A DNA stretch of 64,000 nucleotides from Nitrospirales bacterium (GCA_965223295.1 CBDCWC010000002.1:832001-896000), one strand, 5' to 3'. Numbered from the stretch's first letter, positions 30,226-40,615 are shown. Notes: generated by a model not told the origin, from the sequence alone. Translations and numbers: made by a program.

Positions 30226-30365
30226 CTCACAACTTCACAAGGTTCACAGGGTAATTCTATTTCTTTCTTCTTTCTTATATTCTTTTCCTTCCCTTTTATT
30301 GTGAAGAAGAGAAGAAAAAGAATAAAAAGAGAGAAATACCCTGTGAACCTTGTTAACCCTGTGAG
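30226..30365. other. Putative replication origin of the element
   Basis: Perfect 17-bp inverted repeat ACAAGGTTCACAGGGTA (30237..30253 and 30337..30353) within three TCACA/TGT(G/T)A iterons per side, flanking an AT-rich core, at the 3' end of the helicase gene. Confidence 0.65.
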
Positions 30366-31675
30366 TTGCCTTCCAAATGTATCCCCAACAAGACGCGCTG
30401 GGTTTTACCATCAATTTCACGCTGCACTTCCTGCCAGTTTGGCGTCCAGGCTTTGGCCCGTTTCCAAAACGCTACGTTGGGCAGTGGTGTCTGGCCGTGC
30501 TGTTCGGCAAACAATTCATACGCCTCATACACCTCCGTCTTACGGACCATCCCCTGGGGATCAGGCCGGAGCGCGGTCGAGAGAAATTCCGCAATGGGAT
30601 CAACGTCGTTTTGATAGTCCCGTAAGGCGGCGGTCATACTTGGAGAGACCGTAAACCCCCTCTGTCGGAGTGGGCCCCATACTTCAAGCACTTTATTCAA
30701 TAACCCACTCAATTCCTTCGGATCATGCAACTGTCGATCAAGTGCAGTTCGAGACAGTTCCCTGCCTGTCCCTCGGAACGTCCGCTGAAAGGGCGCCACG
30801 AGCCAGCGGTCCCAGAAGGCCGGCGAACTATCTCGCGTGCGCGGTAAGTGATTTGTGGAAAAGATCAAGCGTGAATAGGGGGTAAACTCAAAGGCTGGGC
30901 AAAATTTATTCTCTCCGACCAAGCGATCTTCCCCCGTAATGGCTTTGAAAATTGAAGTCCCTGCCAAACAATCCGTCGGAAGATCAGGACAGATGTTGGC
31001 TAATTTTCCATATAGCCGAGCCGAGGCAAATCGGTTCTTTTCTAAGTCATGGAGACTCATTCCCGTCACATTGTCTTTCCCGACAAATCGAATTAGCAGA
31101 GACAGAAAGGTACTTTTTCCATTCCCACCAGCTCCATATAAGGCAATGGCCTTTTGTAGGGACCGATCTGGAGTCACAATATCCGCGGCCATTTCATAAG
31201 CCAAGGAGGGATTATCTTGTGGAAACACGGATTGGATGAACGCATCAATCTTTGGACAGATCGCGGAAGGATCGAATACCACTGGAATTTGAATGGGGGA
31301 TAACCAGTCTGGGGAATGAGGAGAGAATTCTTTCGTGTCTAGATGGAGCAGGCCATTGAGCACATTAATTTGATTTACCGGAGGACGTTCCCATAATTCT
31401 GGGGCATCAATGGCAAGATATTTCTCCACCTCATCTGTCCGATGGGAACTCCACTTCTCACTCCGGCCTCCCTGCTGTAAAGCCTTCTTTACCATCGATT
31501 TGATTTCCTTCTTGGCTTCGCGACGATAGGCTCCATCTTGATAGATATACAGATGCTCGGCGCTATCCGTCGCAAAGGAAGCCTGTTGCCTTAGAATTTC
31601 CGCGAGCGCTGCGGTGGAAATAGCTGTCGATGCATTGAAGGAGTTGTTCTCCAGAAAATTGTTTCGTATCGTCAT
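30353..31675 (-). CDS. P4/D5-type primase-helicase family protein (SF3 helicase part)
   Basis: INVLNGLL, FSPHSPD, Walker A GAGGNGKST, LYGKLANI, FKAITGED, IFSTNHLP, AFWDRW...PF. No N-terminal primase domain recognised. Confidence 0.88.
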   Translation of the reverse strand: MTIRNNFLENNSFNASTAISTAALAEILRQQASFATDSAEHLYIYQDGAYRREAKKEIKSMVKKALQQGGRSEKWSSHRTDEVEKYLAIDAPELWERPPVNQINVLNGLLHLDTKEFSPHSPDWLSPIQIPVVFDPSAICPKIDAFIQSVFPQDNPSLAYEMAADIVTPDRSLQKAIALYGAGGNGKSTFLSLLIRFVGKDNVTGMSLHDLEKNRFASARLYGKLANICPDLPTDCLAGTSIFKAITGEDRLVGENKFCPAFEFTPYSRLIFSTNHLPRTRDSSPAFWDRWLVAPFQRTFRGTGRELSRTALDRQLHDPKELSGLLNKVLEVWGPLRQRGFTVSPSMTAALRDYQNDVDPIAEFLSTALRPDPQGMVRKTEVYEAYELFAEQHGQTPLPNVAFWKRAKAWTPNWQEVQREIDGKTQRVLLGIHLEGNSQG

Positions 31676-32004
31676 CGTGATGCTCCTTTCATGAGTGATG
31701 TGAGTGCATGAGGTGAACCGCCTTGGGACAAAAATCCCTGGGCTGGTTTGTTGTTTCGCTTCTTGTGGCCCTTCTCTGAATCCTTGTTCGCTCTCATAGA
31801 TGATTGGGGTCCTGTCGTAAAAAAATAGACAATTGATATCTTTCAGATAATCAGAAACTTCCTAAGAAAGCAAGACAAAACTCCTTTAAAATCAATAGTT
31901 TATGGGCATATAACTCACCAAAGACTTCCATACCCAAACAGCTAAGCCCATAGAAACTTGCAGGAATTTTGAGCTTGGTTAGATAAGAAATGAGGAGGAG
32001 AAAA

Positions 32005-33468
32005 CTAGGTCGAAGGGGGATACAGGAGCGTTTTCAAGAATATCTTCGTAGCTGGCGGCCAATTGTCATCATAGAAACGACGGATTTTGTCAGCCTCATA
32101 ATGAAACTCAGTTCCGAATTCACGGCACCTAGAGTACGCCAATAGAGCAAACACCAATCGCTCAGGATTCACGGTGTGCCCCAAGGGTTTGCCGACTGTC
32201 TTCCGTTCACGGGCATAATCAATCATCATCCTCACCATGTCTTGGGGAATGGGGGCTTCATCGCTCTCGTTAATGATGGACATCATTGTCTGCTGATCTT
32301 TATCAGGAGGACCGGAGACATCTTCCAGGAGATCGTCGAGATAAGAGAATATGGTGACAGGATTAGAAACAAGGCTGGTCTTGATCTTCTGAGTGAGGGG
32401 GCCACGTGGAACTTTGCGGCTGGATTTCTTGTGCCCCTCACATTCCGGAGAAGATGATTCTGGGAAATCGAACTGAGATGGGTCATGAACGGCTTGAAGG
32501 AACCGGCCGATTTTTTCCACAAAGACTGAGAGGTTTCTCGGAGCAGTTTCCCATTTCCAAAAACGCTTCTTATTTGGACCACTGATGTCCAGTTGTGTAG
32601 GAGGGCAGTGAAATATTTGACCGACTGCGATACACAAAGATTCATATTCGTCCAACATTTTTCTATACGTTGCCACCTCATATACTTCATCCCCATCATC
32701 AACATCTTGAGTTTTCTCCGATGGCCGATGGCAGTCCGGCCTCATGACCTTTTTCTCGAGGATATACCCTGGAAGAAAGACACCGACCTGGGCTTTGCAG
32801 AGGTGCAGTAACGCATCTTGTGCCTGACCCCGTGCTTGGGTCGTAATGAACATGGGATTGTAAGCCGCGCCCTGTTCCTCTCGAGTCAGGAGATGAGGCA
32901 TCGCATTCTTGGACTCTGTGAAACTTTCTACCGTTTCCATGCGACTCATCCGATAGAAATGCCAGATTTGGTCAAAGACAAGCGGATGTCCCATCAGCAT
33001 GGCCGATGACTCCAACGCCTTCCGCAAATCTTCGAGGTGCAGCTGCTGGAGAAACTGCGTGAAATAGGACCAGGCTTCTTCGTCGGGTGGATAGCCGGGC
33101 CATGCGAGTGCGCTTTCCTCATTAGATTTGAGTAAAACTTGATGCGCTTCCCACACACTGGGCGCATAGAAGTCTTCAGGGAGTGTGGTCTGGAAATCAA
33201 GCAGTGGCTTCGATGGGACGTCGTGCTTCACTTTAGATGGAGACGCAGTCGACTTTGAAGTACGACCCGATTTTTTTATCGGTGATTTTTTCAAGGTCGT
33301 CCTGTTCGTTGGCATAACTCTGCCTAGCTCTCTATGGGTAATCCATTCAGAGAATGTTATTGGCCTTATATTATTAAGACACAAACCCGGCATAACGACA
33401 AGCCAGGATTTTTGTGCCCAGAAAAACCATTGAACAAGGCCCCCTCCCTCTCTACTCGGGCGATCCAT
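32005..33468 (-). CDS. Hypothetical protein (probable start MPTNR near 33315)
   Basis: Long ORF co-oriented with and upstream of the helicase; no family recognised. Confidence 0.7.
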   Translation of the reverse strand: MDRPSREGGGLVQWFFWAQKSWLVVMPGLCLNNIRPITFSEWITHRELGRVMPTNRTTLKKSPIKKSGRTSKSTASPSKVKHDVPSKPLLDFQTTLPEDFYAPSVWEAHQVLLKSNEESALAWPGYPPDEEAWSYFTQFLQQLHLEDLRKALESSAMLMGHPLVFDQIWHFYRMSRMETVESFTESKNAMPHLLTREEQGAAYNPMFITTQARGQAQDALLHLCKAQVGVFLPGYILEKKVMRPDCHRPSEKTQDVDDGDEVYEVATYRKMLDEYESLCIAVGQIFHCPPTQLDISGPNKKRFWKWETAPRNLSVFVEKIGRFLQAVHDPSQFDFPESSSPECEGHKKSSRKVPRGPLTQKIKTSLVSNPVTIFSYLDDLLEDVSGPPDKDQQTMMSIINESDEAPIPQDMVRMMIDYARERKTVGKPLGHTVNPERLVFALLAYSRCREFGTEFHYEADKIRRFYDDNWPPATKIFLKTLLYPPST

Positions 33469-33832
33469 GTGGCGTTCCAGAGGCCCGATTGAAAGGAGAA
33501 GCCAGAGCCGAAGAGAAACACTATAGGGATAACTCTATAGAGAGATATGTGTAGGGGGGCACACCCTGGAAGCAGAAGGGCGAGGTGAGGTAAAGGATCG
33601 ATACAGGATGGGTTGGAGGTTGGGCCTCCTCAATCAGGAGGACAGATGGGGTCAGAACGATCAGAGAATGGCTACGGGATGAGTGGGCACTGGATGGTGA
33701 AGAGGGAGCAGCTAGAGAAGAGAACCCCTAGCCAGAAGACAAAGTCTCTCTGTGGAGACAGGATGGGGATGGGAATTTTGAGGTGCCCAGAAATCTAGGA
33801 TCGAACGCAGGACATACAAGAATTTACACCCT

Positions 33833-33873
33833 TGATCTTCCCACAGAGTGCCGGACACTAAGTTAAGAATTAT
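33833..33873 (+). repeat. Orphan IS3-type left end related to the adjacent IS
   Basis: TGATCTTCCCACAGAGTGCCGGACACTAAGTTAAGAATTAT resembles the IS left end TGATCTTCCCCTGGAATATCGGACACCGAGTTAAGAATTAT at 33916. Confidence 0.8.
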
Positions 33874-33981
33874 GAACTTGAATCGATAGCCATTCTAAGG
33901 CATCCCGCTTATGCTTGATCTTCCCCTGGAATATCGGACACCGAGTTAAGAATTATATAATAATTCGAAACGAGGTGTTGA

Positions 33982-34278
33982 ATGAAGCGAACACGCAGGT
34001 ATCACAGTCGGGAATTTAAGCAAGAAGCGGTCGCGTTGGTGATGGAGCAGGGCTACAGTTGTGCGGCCGCTGGTCGGAGTATAGGTGTGAGTGGTGCGTT
34101 GATTGGGCGGTGGAAGGACGAACTGGAAACCCATAAGGCGGGAGCCTTTCCCGGACAAGGAAAACGCACCGCTGAGCAACAGCGGATCCATGAGCTCGAA
34201 GCCGAGAACCGTCGTCTTCGGATGGAGCGAGAGATCTTAAAAAAAGCCACGGCCTTCTTTGCCAAGGAAAGCGCATGA
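33982..34278 (+). CDS. IS3 transposase OrfA
   Basis: YHSREFKQEAV HTH and ELEAENRRLRMEREILKKA zipper; A7G slippery run at 34239..34246. Confidence 0.93.
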   Translation: MKRTRRYHSREFKQEAVALVMEQGYSCAAAGRSIGVSGALIGRWKDELETHKAGAFPGQGKRTAEQQRIHELEAENRRLRMEREILKKATAFFAKESA

Positions 34279-35129
34279 GGTATCAATTTATTGATAAGCA
34301 GAAGAAGGCCTGGCCCGTCACTCTCATGTGTGGCGTTCTGAACGTCTCTCGAAGTGGCTATTATGATTGGAGCGCCCGGGGCCAGAGGCAGCACGTGAGC
34401 TCGAACTATACCCTAGATAAACGGATACGCGAGATCTTTGCTGAGCATCGCCAACGGTATGGCGTGCCACGGATTACGAAGACCTTACACCATGAGGGCC
34501 TCAGGTGTAGCGAGAATCGCATTGCTCGAAGAATGCGGGCACTGGGGCTAAAAGCGATTCAGACAAAGAAATTTAAAACCACGACCGACTCGAAGCACTC
34601 AAAACCAGTCGCACTCGACCTGCTCAGGCAAGACTTTCGCGCTGAGACTCCGAACCAGAAATGGACCAGTGATATCACCTATGTCTGGACGAACGAGGGG
34701 TGGCTCTATCTTGCGGTGGTGATGGATTTGTATTCACGAGCAATTGTGGGATGGTCGATGAACCGACGAATGACGCAACAACTGGTGTGTGATGCCCTGA
34801 GCATGGCCTTGGGCCGTCGGGACTTCCCAAAGGGCACTATTCTCCACTCTGATCGTGGCAGCCAGTATTGCTCAAAACGCTATCAGCGATTGATTGAGAA
34901 CAATCAGTTGCGTTGTAGCATGGGGCGAAGGGCGACCTGCTACGATAATGCCGTCACAGAAAGTTTCTTTCACACGCTGAAAGTCGAACTCGTTCATCGA
35001 ATGCGATACACGACGCGACGCATGGCGAAAGTCAGTATTTTTGAGTACATTGAAACGTATTACAATCGGCAGAGAAGGCATTCGGCTATCGGACATCAGA
35101 TCCCGATAGTATTTGAACAGGCAGCTTAA
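34275..35129 (+). CDS. IS3 transposase OrfB (DDE)
   Basis: WTSDITY, YLAVVMDLYSR, HSDRGSQY, DNAVTESFF..LK.E; in the -1 frame relative to orfA with an ATGA overlap. Confidence 0.95.
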   Translation: MRYQFIDKQKKAWPVTLMCGVLNVSRSGYYDWSARGQRQHVSSNYTLDKRIREIFAEHRQRYGVPRITKTLHHEGLRCSENRIARRMRALGLKAIQTKKFKTTTDSKHSKPVALDLLRQDFRAETPNQKWTSDITYVWTNEGWLYLAVVMDLYSRAIVGWSMNRRMTQQLVCDALSMALGRRDFPKGTILHSDRGSQYCSKRYQRLIENNQLRCSMGRRATCYDNAVTESFFHTLKVELVHRMRYTTRRMAKVSIFEYIETYYNRQRRHSAIGHQIPIVFEQAA

Positions 35130-35274
35130 CTCGGTGTCCGGTGCCGTGGGGGAAGATCAGCTGAACATTTTAGCAGTTTCACTACGACGTAGTGATTCGC
35201 AAGGTTAGGCCGAAACCGTCGATAAGTAAGTTAAAGAAGACGTGAATGGGAAAGGCTTTTAAGAACTTAGAGAA

Positions 35275-36435
35275 ATGAAGATGGGAAATACTGGGGAAAA
35301 AATTAACTGCAAATTTTGTGGGGCTTTGGTGATTCCTGAGAATTCACAAGGGGAGTGGGAATTTTGCAACTATGATATTTGTTACAAAAATTTCCATGCC
35401 ACAGATCAAGAACCGACTGGAGATTTCCTACAGGAAATATCTGTGGAATATGAAAAAAAAACTACCAAAGAATTTTTTACTATTTCAGTCTGGTTGATTG
35501 TCGTTACTGTGGTATGCCTGGCCCTTGGTAGCTTTATCGAGTTCCTGATACCTATCGCGCTACTAGCAGGTTTCTCCGTTATTCTTTTCGTACCAAAAAC
35601 CATCTTTCATGGTTCAACCGTGTTGGCCTCACTGCTGTCGGTTAGAGGGAGCCAAATCTTTCAAACTACACTGTGCCTTATTATTCCCCTGACCCTAAGC
35701 TATTGGTTTCTCAAAGACGTGCCATCATTAGATCTTAGAAATATGTCAAGCCAGCTTATTTCTCCAGGATTTCTCCTATTTCTTGGATTGCTTGTGGGAG
35801 TTGGATGGGGTGCTAGTACATTTTTGGATCGGACCTACCCCTTTCGAGGATTTCTAATTGCGAGTGGCATATTATTCATAATATTTTTTATGAATCTCTC
35901 AGGTTACGAGTCTTCTGAGCGATCTCAGCCAAATCCTGCCCTGACGGCACTCCCTGGGACCCGAAAGTCGGATATTCCGCCAGTGCAACCACGCGTTTTC
36001 ACTGACGAAGAAAACATTCAGTACTATGCGAAATTAAATTGCCTTTGGGTGTATTACGTTGTTTCCGTTCTTGTCATTCATGTAAGCATGTTAATGAGAT
36101 TCGTGAGAATTAAACGGTCTCTAATACCAATCCACCTTCAAGTCAAAATGATTTGGGCAATTGTTCTACTTCTTTACGGAACCTGGTACGGCATTGAACA
36201 GTATAGGGCATCATTTTACCCTGGGCATAATGATGGAGTGTCAGAAATGATTGATGCTTGTCAAAAACATACGGGAGAAACATTGGAATCCTGTGGAGAG
36301 GTTGTCCGTTTATTGTACGGTCTAGAGCACTTTTTAATTGAATGTGATTCAGCTAAAGGTTGTAGCCCCGAGGTAGATGAAAAAAAGTATCGCACACTCA
36401 TGGCAGAGTATCAAGAAACCTATCTTGGTTGGTAA
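35275..36435 (+). CDS. Hypothetical multi-pass membrane protein
   Basis: N-terminal CxxC/CxxxxC, about 7 hydrophobic segments, Cys-containing C-terminal domain. Confidence 0.7.
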   Translation: MKMGNTGEKINCKFCGALVIPENSQGEWEFCNYDICYKNFHATDQEPTGDFLQEISVEYEKKTTKEFFTISVWLIVVTVVCLALGSFIEFLIPIALLAGFSVILFVPKTIFHGSTVLASLLSVRGSQIFQTTLCLIIPLTLSYWFLKDVPSLDLRNMSSQLISPGFLLFLGLLVGVGWGASTFLDRTYPFRGFLIASGILFIIFFMNLSGYESSERSQPNPALTALPGTRKSDIPPVQPRVFTDEENIQYYAKLNCLWVYYVVSVLVIHVSMLMRFVRIKRSLIPIHLQVKMIWAIVLLLYGTWYGIEQYRASFYPGHNDGVSEMIDACQKHTGETLESCGEVVRLLYGLEHFLIECDSAKGCSPEVDEKKYRTLMAEYQETYLGW

Positions 36436-36967
36436 AAGAATTAGGATGATAAATCCACAGACCTATACGCGGGATAAATCGTAAACCGACTAACTACGTG
36501 ACCACCATACTCCGTTCCCGCACGCGCACATAGCCCCGAATGGGAGACGGCTCAGGGAAGCGAAAAGGATATCCTCAAAAACATTGGTTTTGGGGAACGT
36601 ATTTTTGTGGGAAAAGGGGCAGTTGGACTGACGAGGCCTATGTGGTCCGCAATCATGTATTGTCTCAACATGATTACTATGCCCATTGTGAGGGACCCAT
36701 TTGAGTCCTGGAGGATGGCTTCTACAAGGGTGGCATCAGGAAGAAAATGGCGGATTTGATGGCCGATGGGAAGCTTTATTTCACGACTAAGGCCATATGA
36801 ATCTCCTGGGGCATTTTGCCAGACAGCTCTACCTTTGATCTGTCCTATTTTTGGGAAGCTTACATCTGGAGAAAGGGATGCATAAGGACAATATCCTGCC
36901 AAGGTACATCCTGCATCTTGGGCTTCCTGTACGAAGTCGGCGACACACCTTGGAAGAGATATTGGTT

Positions 36968-37171
36968 TTAAGTGCTCCCCTGTCTTTTAAACACCAGCCA
37001 TATTAGGATACTTCCCACGCTCATTCCTGCAAGAGAAAAGACAGCGATAGGAATATTGAGACTCCCTGGAGCTTGCAGATTTTCTAAGCCCATATAGCCC
37101 CCCAGAATAAGCAGAAGTACGCCCACGAGGAGACCGAGGGCTCTTAGGAGAATGGAGAGAAAATATTTCAC
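36968..37171 (-). CDS. Small two-TM protein
   Basis: 67 aa with two hydrophobic helices. Confidence 0.55.
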   Translation of the reverse strand: MKYFLSILLRALGLLVGVLLLILGGYMGLENLQAPGSLNIPIAVFSLAGMSVGSILIWLVFKRQGST

Positions 37172-37205
37172 ACTATAGAGACCAAGTGAAACATCACAAA
37201 TCCTT

Positions 37206-37763
37206 TCAATCCCTCTTTGTGCTACTGAACGACAGATCAGAGGAGGATGTAAGGTTCACATTCTGCAGCACCTCTACTATGAGATGAAACACCGCCTCTT
37301 GTATGCCTGGAGCCTCACTTTCTCGTGACCCCGCAACATTGAGAATACATCCTAATAGTGGCGGACAAGCCTCGTACTCATCATAGTCGTTTAGCTCTTC
37401 ATCACCCGCTAACCACAACATGATTTTCTTGATGGCTTGTTTGGGTAAAGTCCGTCGTAAATCCACTTCATGATAAGGCTTCTCTAGATGATGTGCATAG
37501 GCGATGGTCTTGAGTGATCCGCCTATTGGAGGACCATAGGTAAAGATGATGGTGGCATCAGAGTCAAACACATTGGCTTTGGTGCGAGGCAAGTATTCGG
37601 GGGAGGCCATCTCCTTGAGGTGATACTGGGTAGGAATGATCCCATCCTCGGCGATACGTCCCTTCGGACACCAACCTCCATGGGGTAACCCGCAGTGAAT
37701 CGCCGCATCAAGACCACCACGGTCTGCGCCTGTTTGGCCGCCTGAAATAAGCTTGATGATCAT
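37206..37763 (-). CDS. SLOG-superfamily protein ('putative molybdenum carrier'/cpYpsA type)
   Basis: ISGGQTGADRGGLDAA, GGWCPKGR.AEDG, Y..RT..NV.DSDAT, LNVAGSRES; AAGGAG RBS. Confidence 0.88.
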   Translation of the reverse strand: MIIKLISGGQTGADRGGLDAAIHCGLPHGGWCPKGRIAEDGIIPTQYHLKEMASPEYLPRTKANVFDSDATIIFTYGPPIGGSLKTIAYAHHLEKPYHEVDLRRTLPKQAIKKIMLWLAGDEELNDYDEYEACPPLLGCILNVAGSRESEAPGIQEAVFHLIVEVLQNVNLTSSSDLSFSSTKRD

Positions 37764-38119
37764 GGATATCTCCTTTTAAGCCGTTGAGCTAGGATCAAAC
37801 GATATAGGTAGATGGAACAGTCACAACATACAAAATCTCGGCAATTAAAGGAATGTTTAGTAAAAGAGGCGTGACGAAGGTGGGACGAGTGACAGAATAA
37901 AGTATCCGGCAATAACGTATTCGTACTCTGGTGGCCTTAGTTCAATTAGCGCATTGGGAAAAAACAAAAATGGTGGAGAAACTATCCCTGAAATAACTTT
38001 TTTCAATGAAGGCTCGAAGGCAAGCTAACGGGAATTTTCAAGTTAAAGTCTAAACGGATTCCCAGCAAGCCACCCTTGTCGAAAAAAAGAAGAAATCCAA
38101 GTTTTGGTTTTTCCAGAAT

Positions 38120-40615
38120 TTATGGCAAATCAATCTTTGAGATATACTTTTCCCCTTTGGGAAGAGGTTGTCCGGCCTTTACAAAGCTCCTAAAGTCCTT
38201 TAATTTTGGTCCGTTTCTGAATAAAACGTATCCATCACAGAGAGTGTATAAAGTGAACATCGCTGAATAATATCCCTGATGAAGAATACAGGCGGTATTG
38301 TTTAACCCTAAGGGTTTTAGAGTAGTAGAAACATTGGCCGCCCCTAACCAACCCCAAGTTGCATCCAGGGTTAAGCCAAACATTTTGTTTTCAGCGGCCT
38401 CTCGTCGAGATTTTATTTCTTTCATGATGTTCTTAAATACTTCTATCAGTTTGAGGAGATCACCCCCAACATTTTCTATATCTTGATTTTCTGGCAGGAG
38501 TTTGAGTTCTTCGTCTGAAAAGGGCCTTATCTTGTACATGTCATTTTCCGGAAGATGTTGGCGGGCAAGTGCCTTCCATTCATTCAATCTGGTTTCAAGT
38601 CGTGCTAATTCTTTTCGATGCTTTTGTTTATGTTCGGCAATATTGTCGAGAGCGACCGTGATGGCCTGGCGGTCATCTTCAGAAATCTGGACGTCCGCCA
38701 TCAACTTGTGTTCCCCTTGGTAACATACTTCGAGGGCACGAAAGTATTGAGCCTTGGTCGGTTTACCTGAGACAGGAAAGCGGTTTCGTACAGCAAGCTC
38801 CTGCAAACGGGTTTCTCTACTCTGGTCCTGTGAGATAAGCTGGGACATTTCAGGCGGATCAGAAAATCTGTGGTAAATGTCAATCACATAGTGTGGTAAA
38901 TCAACGGGTGAATCCGAAATTGAGACAATTCCTCCTTTATAGGACAACTGTTTCAGAAAATCCTTGGTAAGAGTCAATAAATGTTGGGCATAGGGGATGT
39001 CATACATAACAGAAGCCGGCTTCATTAAATTCCATATCAGAGCCAATGGACATCGTGTGGCTATGGGATTAAGTCGGAAGGGATCAGAACAATTAATAAT
39101 AATAACTTCGGTATTTTCCTCATGGCTCATCGTCGCTAACTCGAGGGCCTTAACATAATGCTCCTGGGATTTGTCGGTATCCTGGATGCTGAGGAGACAG
39201 TTGATGAATTGTGTCAATTCCGTAGCTAAATAGAGAGTACGGGTTTGTAAAGGTTCAGGAATACTTTCTTGAGAATTCCATTTTTTTAAAATTTCTTTAC
39301 TGTCTCTATAAAGATACCGAAATTTAGTTTGAAGATAATCGAATTCGTCTCGAATACTTTGATTCCCTAACACTACAGCATCATGCAAGGAAAGAGCCTC
39401 AAGAGTATATTTGATATTCATCAGTAGTAAAGGCAGCTGATAGGGCAGTTTTTCTTCATACATTTTTCTTACCCAAAGTAATGAACGTATTTGTGACATC
39501 AGCCTATCTTGGGAAATTCCAATTTCACTAGATTGCAAATCCAGTTTCTCTAATATTTCTGTACTCTCTCTAAACCAGGAAAATCCGGTATTGTCGAAGA
39601 CCCCACCGTCGATGAGAGCAAGGTCGACAAGTTTTTCCCCAGGCAAGAACAGATCTTTATTCGCAATCTCCTGTGAACCCCTGTATACCGTCGACATGTC
39701 AAATGCTTCCGGTCTAAACACTCTTGCAGGAAAGGCAAAAGGAAAATTGGCTGACGCCTGAACAGCATCACACACCCGCAACTCACGAGGTTTCCCAACC
39801 CCAAAGTAATGGCTAAAGACAAATTCTTCGCTCATGTAGAAATGACGCTTAACTTGAAGCTGCGTCGCGCAAAAGATATGCCGAATTTCGGGCGAATCCA
39901 GATTGTTATGTTTCTCATTGTTCGCCCTATTCTTCCTCTGAAGAAAGACTAAAGCATTAGTCTGTGTTCCTGCTTGGTGTGACTGGACAGAAATCATTGT
40001 GCCAAATACATAGGCAACCACATGAGGGGCATACGAATACCCTATGGCGGTTGTAAGAAGTAGTAGGGCTCCACCTAGAACGTAAAAATTGACAACGGCA
40101 GCAACCCCAGCGATTATCCCAAAAGTCACCAGGCCGACATAGGTCCACCAGATTCTTGAGCCCCACAGTGTCCCTTGACTTAGAGGCCCAACGATCCATG
40201 CCAAAATACAAAAGCAGGCAACAAATACAACTACTCGATTGTTCCAAGACCAGTTAGGCATTTCTAAATATTCAGGAACTATCCAAATGACGAAGTAACT
40301 CAAAAAATAGATGCAAACTGTGAAGGTCCACCAACCAGGCCTCCCAGCAATTTGTTTTGAAAACTCAGCCAGGTCGGTTTCAAATTTGTGTTTTTCGGAA
40401 TTAGATTTTAGTTGACTGAACGACTTTGGAAGAAGCGAAAGCCAAGCGTTGGTGATCGACCCTCCTGATACGGACGTAATCAGGCGCACGTCTTGGTTAC
40501 GGGTAGAATGAATTAGGTATAGCAAGGCACCAAACGCAAAAACGGTAGCACGGTGCCCACCACCAGATAATGCTAGGGAGAGGGTCTTTACGTTACTGAG
40601 AGGGTTTTTGTTCAT
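38120..40615 (-). CDS. Patatin-like phospholipase with inserted TM segments and a long C-terminal extension
   Basis: LALSGGGHRA oxyanion motif, TSVSGGS nucleophile, ASANFP, LIDGGVFDN; several TM helices between the Ser and Asp motifs. Confidence 0.85.
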   Translation of the reverse strand: MNKNPLSNVKTLSLALSGGGHRATVFAFGALLYLIHSTRNQDVRLITSVSGGSITNAWLSLLPKSFSQLKSNSEKHKFETDLAEFSKQIAGRPGWWTFTVCIYFLSYFVIWIVPEYLEMPNWSWNNRVVVFVACFCILAWIVGPLSQGTLWGSRIWWTYVGLVTFGIIAGVAAVVNFYVLGGALLLLTTAIGYSYAPHVVAYVFGTMISVQSHQAGTQTNALVFLQRKNRANNEKHNNLDSPEIRHIFCATQLQVKRHFYMSEEFVFSHYFGVGKPRELRVCDAVQASANFPFAFPARVFRPEAFDMSTVYRGSQEIANKDLFLPGEKLVDLALIDGGVFDNTGFSWFRESTEILEKLDLQSSEIGISQDRLMSQIRSLLWVRKMYEEKLPYQLPLLLMNIKYTLEALSLHDAVVLGNQSIRDEFDYLQTKFRYLYRDSKEILKKWNSQESIPEPLQTRTLYLATELTQFINCLLSIQDTDKSQEHYVKALELATMSHEENTEVIIINCSDPFRLNPIATRCPLALIWNLMKPASVMYDIPYAQHLLTLTKDFLKQLSYKGGIVSISDSPVDLPHYVIDIYHRFSDPPEMSQLISQDQSRETRLQELAVRNRFPVSGKPTKAQYFRALEVCYQGEHKLMADVQISEDDRQAITVALDNIAEHKQKHRKELARLETRLNEWKALARQHLPENDMYKIRPFSDEELKLLPENQDIENVGGDLLKLIEVFKNIMKEIKSRREAAENKMFGLTLDATWGWLGAANVSTTLKPLGLNNTACILHQGYYSAMFTLYTLCDGYVLFRNGPKLKDFRSFVKAGQPLPKGEKYISKIDLP

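Larger units (their letters stand above)
33916..35159 (+). mobile_element. IS3-family insertion sequence, 1244 bp
   Basis: TG...CA ends, 35-bp imperfect terminal IRs, 3-bp target duplication GCT (33913..33915 and 35160..35162), orfA/orfB. Confidence 0.95.

Noticed and set aside
35160-35210. attC-like site (GCTGAAC...TCACTACG-A-CGTAGTGA...GTTAGGC)
   Set aside because: Only 51 nt, R boxes pair poorly, L boxes do not fit the spacing, and there is no integron integrase. Kept only as an unexplained palindrome.
36552-36970. ORF 36552..36902 (-) and a stop-interrupted frame on the + strand
   Set aside because: No recognisable family on either strand; may be a decayed gene but cannot be supported.
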